A stretch of 62,736 nucleotides of DNA, filler included, from Sphacelaria rigidula (taxonomy: Eukaryota): NCBI GenBank assembly GCA_964200075.2. It is 7 parts of 7 records of this genome, joined end to end, with 100 filler letters (N's around TTAATTAATTAA, not from the genome) between each part and the next. Parts side by side here need not be neighbours in the genome. Positions count along the whole stretch, not along the records: positions 1 to 8,877 come from CAXNAA020009860.1; positions 8,978 to 17,854 come from CAXNAA020009861.1; 5 more parts are not named here. The stretch is one strand, 5' to 3'. A model generated the notes under the pieces. The model saw nothing but the letters and a program-made list of their open reading frames with translations. It made no database searches and had not been told where the DNA came from. Below, in pieces: positions 1-11,781 of the stretch. The stretch's first letter is position 1. Every line of letters begins with the position of its first letter. The position numbers and the translations under genes are program-made.

Positions 1-468
1 CTGGAGCCTCGCATACTGGTTGGCGTTTGTTGTGTTGGGGGGGGTGATGAAAAGTGGGGGCGGGGGGGGGGGGGGGGGGGGGGGGGGGGGCTTGAACATT
101 TTATTTTAAAAAAACAGCAAGGCACGCAGTTTGATGGCACTGTACTGAATGCAGCCAAAGTCTTTTTATAAAGGCGTTTTTTTTTCTAAAATTGTGCTAA
201 CATTGGAGGTACAGCAGCTCAACTCACCTCCAGAATCACCCAACGGGCTCTCATCTTCACCCATGCTCACCATAGCCTCTAGTGTTTTCTTTTCTTGAAT
301 TAAAATACTCCCTACGCAATTACAGCGACGTGAAACGTATCGACTAACACTCAACAGCCCCTATCCGAAGCGACCACTTCTGCTCTTCAACGGGAAGATG
401 TTTGCATGTCGTGTGGCGAGACGTGCGTTGGTGGCACTCTACCTACCTAGCTAGGCTTTCACGCAGGT

Positions 469-790
469 CACTACAAAAGCGCAGATTTTCAAGACGCGGA
501 TCGAATCAAAGTTCAGACTTTTGACACAAGTCGATCTGGAAGTCCAGACTTCTGACACGGATCAATTTTGAAGCGCAGACTTTCAACGCGGATCGATTCA
601 CCGTCCAGGCATTTGAAACGAATCGACTTGGAAGTCCAGACTTTTGACACGGATCGATTTGAAGTCCAAACTTAAAGTAACGCGAGTAAATTCCAACGTA
701 AATTTGACACAAATCAATTCAAGTTTCGAGGTGCACCCTTCGACGTGAAATCAAATGTACCTCAAGACTTTTTGACACGAATACATTCAA
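469..790 (+). repeat. Degenerate ~30-bp tandem array (GAAGTCCAGACTTTTGACACGGATCGATTT-like) starting just after CACTACAAAA; possible CACTA transposon end
   Basis: Units such as gaagtccagacttctgacacggatcaattt and gaagtccagacttttgacacggatcgattt; CACTACAAAA at 469-478. No matching opposite terminus found. Confidence 0.5.
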
Positions 791-955
791 AACATCGCAC
801 TGCACGGCCTCAATTCTCTCGAACGTTGAAAAAAAACGAAAAAAAAAAAATCGAAAGGCTGAGCAAAATTGTGAACAGTATCTTCCTCTCGTATCTCTCC
901 ATCTCCACCTCCGGAGCATGACGATCGCTATCGGCTGGTCTTGGATTTCACTCAC

Positions 956-3900
956 TTGCGGAAGGACTCCTTGTAACGCTCGGCTTCCTTGACTCCCTCC
1001 TTTGACATCTCGCTGTACCGCTGCTGGTGAGACACAGGCACGATCAGCACGTGTCCCGGCACTAGTCCTCCCTGTCCAAAACAACGGTAACAAAACAGGG
1101 AGTTAAGGGTGGGTGAATGCTATGCCCACAGCAAGGATTACCATTAGGGAGTATGGTCAGACTAGTGACTTTTCTTCAATATTATTCTGCACATCATTCA
1201 AGCAAACACGTGTAGTAGCCAGATTATTTCCAAGGACCCTACCCGCGATAGGCTCCAGAACGGAAAAAAAGAAGGGGGGGAAGGGGGGGGGAGTATGGCT
1301 CCTGTAAAAAAATCTCCATGCCTGCGCGGTCGACGGATGGAAGATGGCAAGGCTATCGTCAGTGTCAGGGTTACAGAAACTGAAGCATGACCGCTGTTCC
1401 ACACTGAACTACCGAAATAAAGTCTACAGTTCGTTAGATGTAACCATGTGTAGCATGCCTGAGGCTGGCGCACAAGATTGAAACAAAAAAAATGAGGTAG
1501 GTGGAGTTACTTACAATAGAAAAATTTGACAAGACGAATTCATCTCCTCCCATGGTTGTCTTTGCGTATTCCCTGACAAAACGAACAAAACGAGACAAAA
1601 TATGTATCATCGTTTCTTGTGCCACTACGTGGAGATCACGAAAAAACAACCTTTTGTCTTCTGCCGACGCAAACGCAAGCGCCTGCTGGGTTGCAATCAC
1701 GCACGGCGTTTGATTCCCGGCTTTTCTTTAATCGGTTGATGAAGAAGGGGGAACAAAAGCGGTTCTGCAGCGACACGATTTGCTCCGATATGATCTTGGG
1801 GCAGCCAGCGGATCAAGACAAGATGAGTCTCATTCACACTGAAGAAATACGTTTCAAACAATAGCAAGTAGTCGTGAGACATTTCAACATGCCTCGGGAA
1901 AACGGCATGCCAACAGCTAGCTGCTTCCTGAGAAGGCTTCGGTGACACGTTAGCGCGTCTCAAAGCTATGTTATACTTGATATCGTTTACGAATGTTCGA
2001 AAAAAAAGTGACCCAAACACTACCGACACCATCATCATCAACAACAGCACACAGCGAACCGACAGCTGAACAGTCACTAACGAATGAGATCAATGGCATG
2101 ACATCTTCTATCATTAAATACATAATAATGGAATAAATGGTCGAAAGTGAATGAACATTTCCGAAGAATATATTCATATACGTATATATGTATGGAAAAA
2201 AAAAAGCAAAACCAAGCAACCGACGACTGACCAATCAACGCAACAATCTCCAAACCAATGAAATTAATTCAATGATATCTTCCATTGCTAAATACATAAT
2301 AATAACATAAACGGTCGACAGTGAGCGATATACAAGTGACATCATTACAGCGGGGACAAACGAGGGCTCGATTCGCGCCAGGTGAATCTAGTTTGGCCTC
2401 TATCTCATTAGTACCTGACTTGTGTCTTTGTAAGCGTCAGGGCATGAGAAGGAAAACAGGGTCCTGTTGGCCGACTTTTGTTCGACGAGAGTCGATGTGG
2501 TTCAGGGGTGATGATGGTCATGATCCAATCCGCGATATCAACTATAATAGGAAGGCGTGTACCGCAGGGAGAAAAAGAGGGGTTGATCATCATCCCTTGA
2601 GACCGTTAGACCGTGAACTCGTATCAAGGAACGGGAGGGATTGGAAGTAATAAAAATAAATAAAAACAAGGAAGAAAAAAAACGAGTACTACTTGCCTTC
2701 GGCTGCGCCAGATAAACCTCGTCGGCGACGGAGCACACGAGATGATCCTCCAGCTGAGGAGAAGCTAGGCAGAACCAGCATTCTTGTCGGGGATCCGCAT
2801 CTCTCCGGTTACTCTGCCAACGCATGTTGACAAAAAACGAAAACAAAAAAACACGACGCATCACGACTCGGAATCAACATAATTCTTAGCCTGGTGTCTA
2901 TGTCTTGTGTCTGTGGTACATGAGTTTCCTTTTGTTTGTTTGTTTGTTTGTTCCTCTTTCTTGTGTCTTCTTCCTTCGTCACCTCTTGTCGACTTTTCCC
3001 TCCGGTCGGTGTTATCTCGTGCATTTTACCTCATCTTGAGCTATTGTGCATACGTCTACAGGCTGGTTCACGCTTTCGACCCAATGTTCATTCATCCGCA
3101 AATGTTCCATATCTTGGACAATATATGGTCAATAGTTGCAATAGACAAGAAATATACTGTGTAAATTATAGGCGTACTGCAACTATTGTCGGGCAACACC
3201 AACAATAGTTCCAATAAGCCTACACTCTACAGAGTATATTTAATGTCTATTGCAACTATTGACCATATATTGTCCGTATGAAACTTTCACACCAATTCTT
3301 GGAGTTGGACTTTTTATATTTGCACACAGATACACTATTGGGCATTTCGAAACTTTCAAGGAATGTTTTCTCTTCTCTCATTTTTTCGTCGGTTGTTGGA
3401 GGTCTCAAGTATTCGGGGGATTTGCAGCATCACATGCCGTTTTCGGACCCCCGAAAACCGGCGAAAAAAAACACTAACTTCTGAAAAAAGTTGCGAAGTG
3501 CCCTACAGTATATGTGGCGCATTTTTTTCAAAGTCTAACTCCAAGCATCGGCGTGAACATTTTGACTTTTTGCACAACAAAGCAAGCTTGAAATGTACAA
3601 AAACCGAATTACTTCGTTTTAGTATGAAATCGATTGTTCGGGTACTTTTGACGTTACAACGACCCCATTGCGGAAGTTTTTCAAGTGACGCAAGGACACT
3701 TCGTACAAATGTTCCTTGCACCATCCCGGGACGCATACTTCAATTATTCTCACATGCAGGCAATCTGCACCGGCTTCCGGGGAGTTTTCACGCGGGACCC
3801 CCTGGAAGCCAGTAACGGGAGGAGAAACTTCGATATATCTTCAGCAATTATATTTTTTTTCTTTGAAGCATCAATACCTACCGAACTGCCAACTTTGGGG

Positions 3901-5612
3901 GCAGTCGGGGCTTCCCTAGGACAGATACAAGTAAAAGCGTCGAGAGCCTCCATAGGTCTTCGGTGCGTTTCATCAGTGGAAATCTGACCACGCCAAAACC
4001 CCGAATCATCGGAATACCCCGGATTTGGGTATATGATTCGATCCCACGGAAATCGTTATCGAATCTGCTTTTTTCCCGTTAGATCATCGAGCTGATGGCG
4101 TTTACTGAAATGTGGAGCATGTGGAGATTGAGTATGAATTTGGGTCGAAAATTCACCTTCACATTTCATAGCAGTTTTCAGGGTCGCTGATGGTACGAGG
4201 TACCTTTTTGCCCTTTTTTTCGCCTTTAGCGCGCACCATTATGGTCTTGAACAAAATCCGGCTGAGAGGGCATTTGCTGATGATGGCATATTGAGTCGTA
4301 AGTTGGATTAGTATCGAATCAGTTACGTTTATGTACCACAGCCAACCAATGAACACGTGCACAATAATAATAAAAGAAAAGAAAAGAAAAAGAAAAAGCA
4401 TGAATAAAATGATATACAACGATAGCAAAGATAACGCTGACAATAATGATAGTTATAAACAGAAGATTTTTTTTTTAATAATCATGGTTATGATGGTCGA
4501 TGAATAACAACAGATGGGCGCACGAAGAAGATAAATCTGAAGCAAATAAGCCGGCGACGACACTCTCCAGGGATTTGAACAAACAAATGAAATGGCTACA
4601 TGCAACAACGTGCCAAAAAACTCTCAGATATACACACTAACCGTACCGCACAGCCGGAAAGAAGCGAAACGCTCGGGCAAAGCGAGGAAGGCTCATCTAA
4701 CGATACACACATAAAACATGAACACAGCACACAGCATACAATACACGACACACCGACATACCGACACACACATTTGGGGCCACTGCATCGCCTCCACTTC
4801 CTGAAAACGAATGGGTGTGTTGTTGATCGCGGTCCTGGTGTCGACTTTTGTTCAAGCTGCCCTTGCCCCAGTCACAGTTGACGTGTTGATTCTGAAAAAG
4901 CGAGAAGTGTAAGGAAAAAAAAGAAAACAGATGAAATGGAATAAAATCATGGGCATCACTACAAACATACACCGCACAGCCAAGTAAGAAAATTAGAAGA
5001 CAGAGGTCAAATTCAGTCCAGTCCAACCCAATTAAAAACAGACAATTACACGCAGATGAAAAAAGGAGGGCGAGAGGTGATCGAGACACATTCAACTACA
5101 CACATATACTCTGCGTTCCATCGCTATCATTGACGCAGTTGTTTTTCCAAAACACCAGGAAAATTAACTAATAAATAAAAACGGAAGTCCAAACTAAAAA
5201 TCAGATGATATATTCTCTTTCGCCTTATGAACAAAATCAGATTGACTTTTTGTCATGATAAAATACAAATGGCATCAACTGGAAAACCAAATGGATATTC
5301 GAATGGAAAATAACAAAAATCATAAAAAAATGAAGAAAAAGCACGTACATTCAATACACAAACAGCCATGCATCCGCACACACAGACTCCGACGGTGGTA
5401 CAGACGACGATACAAAAAATCAATTCGATACTAAGAGTAAAAAAAACATCAAAAGCAAAAAAAAAAATAATACACGCACAGGCGGGAGGTGACATACGCA
5501 TACGTCTGTTTCTTGCCTTGATTGTTTTGTCCCGCATGGACAAGATCGCTCTCGCCGCTGCATCGTGGCTGGCGAACTCTACGAAAGCGTATCCTTTTTG
5601 CGTGAGTCGCAC
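956..5612 (-). CDS. CWF19L1: CWF19-like protein 1 (Drn1-like; RRM plus CwfJ C-terminal domain), partial gene, 4 internal exons
   Basis: Minus-strand exons 5517-5612, 4772-4891, 2697-2813 and 956-1071 splice in frame to VRLTQKGYAFVEFASHDAAARAILSMRDKTIK|NQHVNCDWGKG...APN|SNRRDADPRQECWFCLASPQLEDHLVCSVADEVYLAQPK|GGLVPGHVLIVPVSHQQRYSEMSKEGVKEAERYKESFRK. KGYAFVEF is an RNP1 motif. CWFCL...PKGGL..GHVLIVP is the CwfJ_C_1 signature. 5' and 3' exons not found. Confidence 0.88.
3059..4290. mobile_element. Non-autonomous TIR DNA transposon (TA|CAGGCTGGTTCACG family), right end degenerate, inside a CWF19L1 intron
   Basis: TA then CAGGCTGGTTCACG at 3057-3072, identical to the terminus at 57936. Internal blocks (gttccttgcaccatcccggg, ccggattttgttcaag) match the 57936-59367 element in inverted orientation. 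Right boundary approximate. Confidence 0.6.
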
Positions 5613-6074
5613 CTATCAAAACGTGTAGAGAAATGAAAACAAGCCAAAAAAAAAATCTTACTATTCTTATCAAACAATGACTTCATTTGTCGGTCGGTCG
5701 GTTGGTTGGTTGGGTGGTTGGTTAGCACTCAAATTTTCAGATTCATCTTGATTTTTTTCTTGTTTTGAAAATTTTACCTTGAAAAAAAAAAGTGAAGCGA
5801 GAAGGAATATTAAACGTGAGCGGGGGAAAAGGAGGGGGAAAATGAGAAACGAAAACTGAGTGAAACAACTCGTGAGACAACAACGAAAAATACAAAAAAA
5901 AACGCAAGGAGAGGAAGGGACGACGAGAGGGCAGGGCCCATGAGAGCGTTTTTCGGGCGGAGTCCCGCAGTGCGGAGTAGATAGGAATGGGAGCTCGACC
6001 AGAAAATAAAAAAAGCATGATCGCGTGACAATCAAGCGTATGATAGCGACCGAGCGCGACAGAAAGAAAAATAG

Positions 6075-7477
6075 CAGGGGTCTACACGTTACATGTTACA
6101 CGTTCACGTTACGTTCATCACGTAAATTGTTTTCAACGTTCACGGTGCGTTACGGATGTCACATTAAAAAAAAACGTTACGTTCATCACGTTAAAAAAAA
6201 CTAACGTCACGTCTTGTTACATGTAACGTAATATGAAAGGTTTTGGTATCACGTGTGACGTCTAATATGACGTTTCGTTGACACGTGTAACGTTCAAATG
6301 TGAGGGTTGATTCTGAGCATGTCACGGCTTCTTCACCAGTGTTAGGGAGTTGTAACGTGTCGTGTAACGCGTGATGTTACCGTATACGTGACGCTAACGG
6401 TGACCCGTCGTATGTTTGAGCGTAGGCGCATCATCTGACTGTGTAACATTACTTTCTCTAGCGTGTATTGTTCATTCGTTTTGACCGTAATATTTTCATA
6501 TCTCCTCTTGTCTTTTCACCTTTTTGTTTTTTAATTTTCGACTGCTTGGTCATTCGCACGACAGCACATACTGAACACACAACAGTTCGTGAACATGATT
6601 GAACACCGGCTTGAGTCTTCCTGGCATTTCGCGAAGTATCTCATGAGGTGCCCGCACCGGTCTCCCGTCAAGACTCGGCAGATGACGTTCTTGCCGTTGG
6701 TCAAGGCAGGCGAGAATTGGGTCAAGTACTCCTACACCTGTGACTGAGTACCTTGACGAGTTCCTGTCGCGACGCTCACCTTCCTCCGCTTGTTTTCGAC
6801 AACTATCGTGTCGGCCACGGGGCAGGCGAGTCTCGCATCAGATGCTGCAGCTGCAAGCAGCGGCCGAGATTGGCTAGAGGCTGGGGCACCCCCTAGTTGT
6901 GGCCCCGCCGATTCCCCCCCTGGATACATGCTATGTACTGGTGTACGTCAACATGTACGTTGCACCCGGTCTCTCGATATGAATGTGGTAGACATGATTA
7001 TGATGTATTGATGCAGTGCTGCAACGATAATTTGGAATGTGAGATGTGGTGCGGAGCGCACGAACTTGCTGCAAGAGTACCATACCTATACCATGGTCAT
7101 TCAAACTCACTCGTGTTTATTGAAGCACAATCTTCTAGGATTTTAAAATCCATTGCAAACTTGAAGTTTCACCGCTTTATTTGACGTGTTTATGTTGTTT
7201 TATGTAACGTCTAACGTCTAATGCACGTGTAACGAGTAGTAGACGTTACACGTTACATGAAACGTTTCATATCACGTAATTTGAACGTTTGGGCAATCTG
7301 TCGTTAACGTGACGTTACGTATGTCACGTTGAAAAATTCAACGTTACGTTAATGTTTCATGTGAAAAATTAACGTTACGTTCATCACGTATATAAAAAAT
7401 TAACGTTCACGTTCCGGCCAAAATGTAACGTGAACGTAACGTGTAACGCTGTGGCACGTGTAACGTGTAGACCTCTG
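6075..7477 (-). mobile_element. Non-autonomous hAT transposon (internal deletion derivative)
   Basis: TIRs CAGGGGTCTACACGTTACA / TGTAACGTGTAGACCTCTG; perfect 8-bp TSD AAAAATAG at 6067-6074 and 7478-7485; ACGT-rich subterminal arrays at both ends; BED-finger relic inside. Confidence 0.9.
6590..6929 (-). pseudogene. Transposase N-terminus relic (basic NLS-like patch and BED zinc-finger-like segment) with an in-frame stop
   Basis: MYPGG...NKRRKVSV...TQSQV*EYLTQFSPALTNGKNVICRVLTGDRCGHLMRYF. The TAG at 6732-6734 sits where the Trp of the BED SxVWxYF motif is expected. Confidence 0.65.
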
Positions 7478-8188
7478 AAAAATAGTAATTACGATGAACA
7501 AAACTCCTAATGTGAACCTCGTCCAGAACAGGGAATGAACGTATTTCCTTTTTTTTTGTCAGTTTGATGTTTTTTTTTTTCTTGAAGCATATGCCTCTTA
7601 TCCGATACAGGTAGGGAGGGCCGGGGGGACGGGGGAGGGACGGGAAGAAGATACTGTGGTTTGAACTCTGGTTTGTTTCACTCCTTCTGTACTGTAACCC
7701 TTATCCCTCATCCTCTGTTTTGGAGTCTCAGGGTGTGTCTTCGCAACGTGTTATTCGATCGAAAAAGAAAAAGAAAAAGAAAAAGAAAATGATTTGGTAG
7801 GTCGCGAGTTCAACATAAATGACGTGGACACGAATGACGAGCCATCTATCAAATTGATTTTTTTTTTTTACCGTCGCCGCACTTTTTTATATCGAAAAAC
7901 AATTTGCTCAAAACACGGCCTCAGAAAAAGCCGCAATAAGCGCTTCTGTCCCATGTAAGGTTTAGTTTACTGCCGGCGATCTGGCGTATAAAGGTCTTGG
8001 CACGTCCGTTTTCACCTTACTACAGCAGTACTGCAGTTGTTGTTTTTTTCCATGATACGAAACCTTGCTCCACCGATAGCGAATGAGACTATACTTACTG
8101 CGTGAATAAAGTGTGTGTATGCAAGTGTCGAAAAGTTCTATGGTGATGTCCACGGTTGTGTTCCGTAGGGTTCTTACAGAAATGTTGA

Positions 8189-8308
8189 CCCTTTGGGAGC
8201 CCAGTGTGGCGATTTTTATTTTTGTGAATCGGCATCATTTTCAGTCATTTTCAAGTCAAAATGACGCCGATTCACAAAAACAAAAATCGTCACTCGGTTC
8301 CCAAAGAG
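8189..8308. mobile_element. 120-bp hairpin MITE, piggyBac-type ends
   Basis: TTGA|CCCTTTGGGAGCCCAGTG ... CACTCGGTTCCCAAAGAG|TTAA; internal arms tttttgtgaatcggcatcatttt / aaaatgacgccgattcacaaaaa. Confidence 0.7.
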
Positions 8309-8877
8309 TTAAATGAGATATTTTATCGGTAAATGCTCTTCCAAACCATACCAGAGTGTTCAGTTTACATTCCAGTCTGGTTTAGTATGCCAACCAAAAA
8401 TCCCGCACTTCCGGGCATACCTTGGTTCACGATCTTATTGTGGGAGTGTGTATCCAGGTGCGTTTGAACGGCTGTATTAGTACATTTTATTGTTATATGA
8501 GTAAGTTTGTGTATCGAGTGTCGGGTAAAACGGCTGTTATCTGTATCATTACAATACTGCATGTGGTAGACATACTTCATGATGTCAGTGGAGATGGGTA
8601 TTCATGTATGTTAGAACCGCTGTTTCAGTAAATCGCATTGTTATGTAAAAAAGTGTGTGTATCAGGTACCGGAAAACGACTGCAAACGTATCACAACAGT
8701 ACTGTACATGGTGGACATACCATGTCTTTTCATGTGCCAACGAAAAAATACCAACGATCTGGTGTGAGCAGGTGGCGGAACGCCAGCTTTCGCAGTACTA
8801 CTATCTCCTCCGTTCCCCGTCCTCCGACGAAGGCCATGCCGGTCTTGTCGGTACGGCGTGGGGAGGGTCTTTTCGGC

Positions 8878-8977
8878 NNNNNNNNNNNNNNNNNNNNNNN
8901 NNNNNNNNNNNNNNNNNNNNNTTAATTAATTAANNNNNNNNNNNNNNNNNNNNNNNNNNNNNNNNNNNNNNNNNNNN
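8878..8977. other. Artificial contig linker (N44-TTAATTAATTAA-N44)
   Basis: 100-bp spacer with stop codons in all six frames. Confidence 0.97.
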
Positions 8978-11781
8978 GGGTAGGTGGGGGGGGGGGGGGG
9001 GGGGGGGGGGGAGCCACAATCTCCCCTTGCGAGACGGACTGTAAACCAACTCGGGGTGGAGGAGGCATCGCGCCTCCTGTTGAAATGGACCACAAACCAG
9101 CACCGGGGGTAGAAGGCATAACGCCTCCCGATGAGATTGACTATAAGCCAACAGTGGAATGGGGAAGGACAACGCCTCCTGCTGAGACGGACTGTAAACC
9201 AATACTGGTTGGAGAAGGCACAATGCTTGCCAGTGAGACGGACTGTACACCAACACCGATTAGGAAGAAAGTGTGACGCCTCCTGGTAAGATGGGTCATG
9301 AACCAGCACTGAGAGCAAAAGGCACGACGCCTGCCAGTGAGACGAACTGTAAACTAACGATGGAGGGGGAAAGGCACAACGCCTCCTTGTGAGACGGACT
9401 GTAAACCAACACCGAGGGAAGAGAGCACAAAGCCTCCTGGTGAGATGGACTGTGAACAAATACAGAGGGGAGAAGGTGCAACGCCCCCCTGTGAGGCGGA
9501 TTGTAAATCAACACTGGAGAGGGGAAGCATGTCACCTTCCGGTGAGGGGGACGGTGATTCAACGCCAAGATTGGAAAATCATATCCAGTACATCCTAAAC
9601 GTACCGCTATATGTACAGGGAGATCGGCGGAGGGTGTTGTCTGAATACGTATCGATTGGTGCATCATCACCAGGGATGGGAGGGATTGGATGCTTCTGCA
9701 AAAGGGGGGAAGGCGTCTCGGGAGGAAGGTTGTGTAGAAGTGCAGACACGACGAGTGGAACATGTTTGTATGCTGGGGGAGTCCAGTTGCTCCTTGTGAC
9801 GAAGATCGCTGATATGCGATCAGAACGAAGCTGACCTTCAAAAGCGTGTACACCTGTTTCACTCAGCAACATACCCTCACTTCTCTGTACTTGGTGAGAG
9901 AGAGCGTACACGTCCGTCAGTGGTACACAGAACCCCGAGGGTGGGGCATCGGTTTGGTTGGCAATTTCTCATGTGGGACATCGGCTTTACACTTTCTACG
10001 GCGCGAACAGGGAAAAAGGTTCCATTTATCCCAATCACGTGCTCATTACTTTCTGGGAGGGCAAAGGTCAAACAACCCACCTACACTTCCAGTAGGATAA
10101 TTTTTATCACCAGTACAAGCAATCCATCCGTCTGTATCATCATCTACAGCGTACCTAGACCCATTATCTTGAAGCAAAGCAAACCTCCCCAAATCAGAAT
10201 CGCCCGAATCAAACTTTGACAAACTTGAGGCGGGTTCTTATCGAAGGAGATTACCCCCTTGCGAAAATCTCCTTCTTCGAGAATGACCGCTGGTTGGTCG
10301 CTGCGATACCACCCCTAAAACAATCGTGCCCAAAACGCCTCTCCCAAAAAGGAACTTCAGGACACGTCAAAGGGGAACATACCTGTCCGGTTGACAGGGG
10401 CACATGCAAAGGCTTGCCGCACAACCCAACACAATCAGAGGTAAACGAATCTGAGGAACTTGGTGCCCCCGCACACCAAAAAGACACAGCTCGATCCGTA
10501 GCTGCTCATAAGCTGAGCACGTTATGCGTGACCTTGCTCAACTCTGTCAAGAACTGAACGACAAATTATGATTTGTGTGAGACGTGCGCACAGCACGAAC
10601 ACGAACAGTCAGCAACGACACGGTTTCGGTTGTTTTCGACACGTGCGCGATTGCTATTCGTCCAATACATAACGGGTATCCGTCAGACAAAGCCTGCCGT
10701 GTGTAGAGTTAAGAAGACTACAGCTGGAACTAATGCGCGTGAGTGGTGGGTGTCTATGCGTGGTTTTCCAGGGCCCGGCGTGTAGGTGTTGGGTTGCCTT
10801 GTTGCATCTTGTCTTAAGCATCAAAGAAACGTTGGAGCCACGACGACTTTGCAGAACCGGCGCATTTCTGAACTTGTGCGTAGATCTAGGCTCTGATCTA
10901 GACAAGACTGCTCCTCCACAAGGCTCAAAACTGGTCTTTGTGGGGGCAATTCACTTTCAAGAGGGAATGTCCAACAAGGGGACAATGCCTTTCGATAAGA
11001 ACCCGCCTGACTCCCCTTGTGGCACGGAATGTGCCATACACGGATGAAGGGGTGTCGAAGAGAGATATGAACCGGCGAAAGGCAGCTCGAAAGCGGGCGG
11101 GACAGCTGGGGACAGTTGCTTTGTTCGCTCGTGTCTGATTGACTTTACCGAAGATGTTGCATCTCCAACATCTTCAAGCCATTCCTTTATCGTTCAAGCT
11201 GAACCTTTTCAAGGTGGGTAATACAGCATCACACTGTATGATGTGATCCCAGGCTTCACTGGGACTGCCTAGCATCGTGCACTGATCTACGAGAGGGGCA
11301 ACTATGATTTTCTCAACATCAATGTCTCCTGTCCATATAACGTGGTTGACCGCCGTCTCTAGTGCTCCTGGTTGAAGTACGTGTAGATTTTGAGCTTGAA
11401 CGCAGAAGGTACCTTATCCAACACTCCACCATGCCTTACCGTTCCATCCCACGGTGCTATACTGATATATGATCGTACACGCAACATGACTGAATGACCA
11501 ATCTAGGCCGCTGTTGAAGGATACTGTCCTTGTCGACGTCGATCATGCTCTGCGATGGTCATCGGGGGGGGGTCGCTCTTGTTGCAGGGTCGCCGCACCT
11601 CCCGCTCCGCACCTCCCGCTGGCGTTCCCTCTTCCGAACGTTGTTCTCTCTCCTGCGAGGTTGCGCTCTGTAGTCGGTCTTGTGTATTTATTTCTTCATC
11701 GTTACTTACTTCACCATCGGTCCACTGCTTATCAATCGCTTCCCAAACCAAATTCCGTTGGTCTTCCGACGGGGCCGCCAC
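8978..11781 (-). mobile_element. Decayed Ty1/Copia LTR retrotransposon gag-protease region
   Basis: Minus-strand order: gag-like start (11503-11781), GSPSEAWDH (11243-11269), Cys/His knuckle-like VGLCGKPLH...RRFGHDC (~10300-10435), protease-like DGWIACTG...TGSVGGLFDL (~10060-10132; cf. Copia WIxDSGAxxHMT) and VIGING.FFPV.AV. Many stops and frameshifts; truncated by the contig end. Confidence 0.65.
9010..9550. repeat. ~60-bp minisatellite (about 9 units) inside the Copia coding region
   Basis: Recurrent GAGACGGACTGTAAACCAAC...GGAGGGGAAGGCACAACGCCTCCT at about 60-bp spacing. Confidence 0.85.

Noticed and set aside
228..311. AG...GT-bounded 84-nt open segment as the next CWF19L1 exon
   Set aside because: Open only as phase 1, while the preceding exon (956-1071) ends in phase 2; no CwfJ motif.
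8730..8877. Minus-strand DKTGMAFVGG as an upstream RRM exon of CWF19L1
   Set aside because: No convincing donor or RNP2 context; truncated by the contig end.
8922..8933. TTAATTAATTAA as a biological motif or piggyBac site
   Set aside because: Identical in all six gaps and centred in N runs; it is a synthetic six-frame stop.
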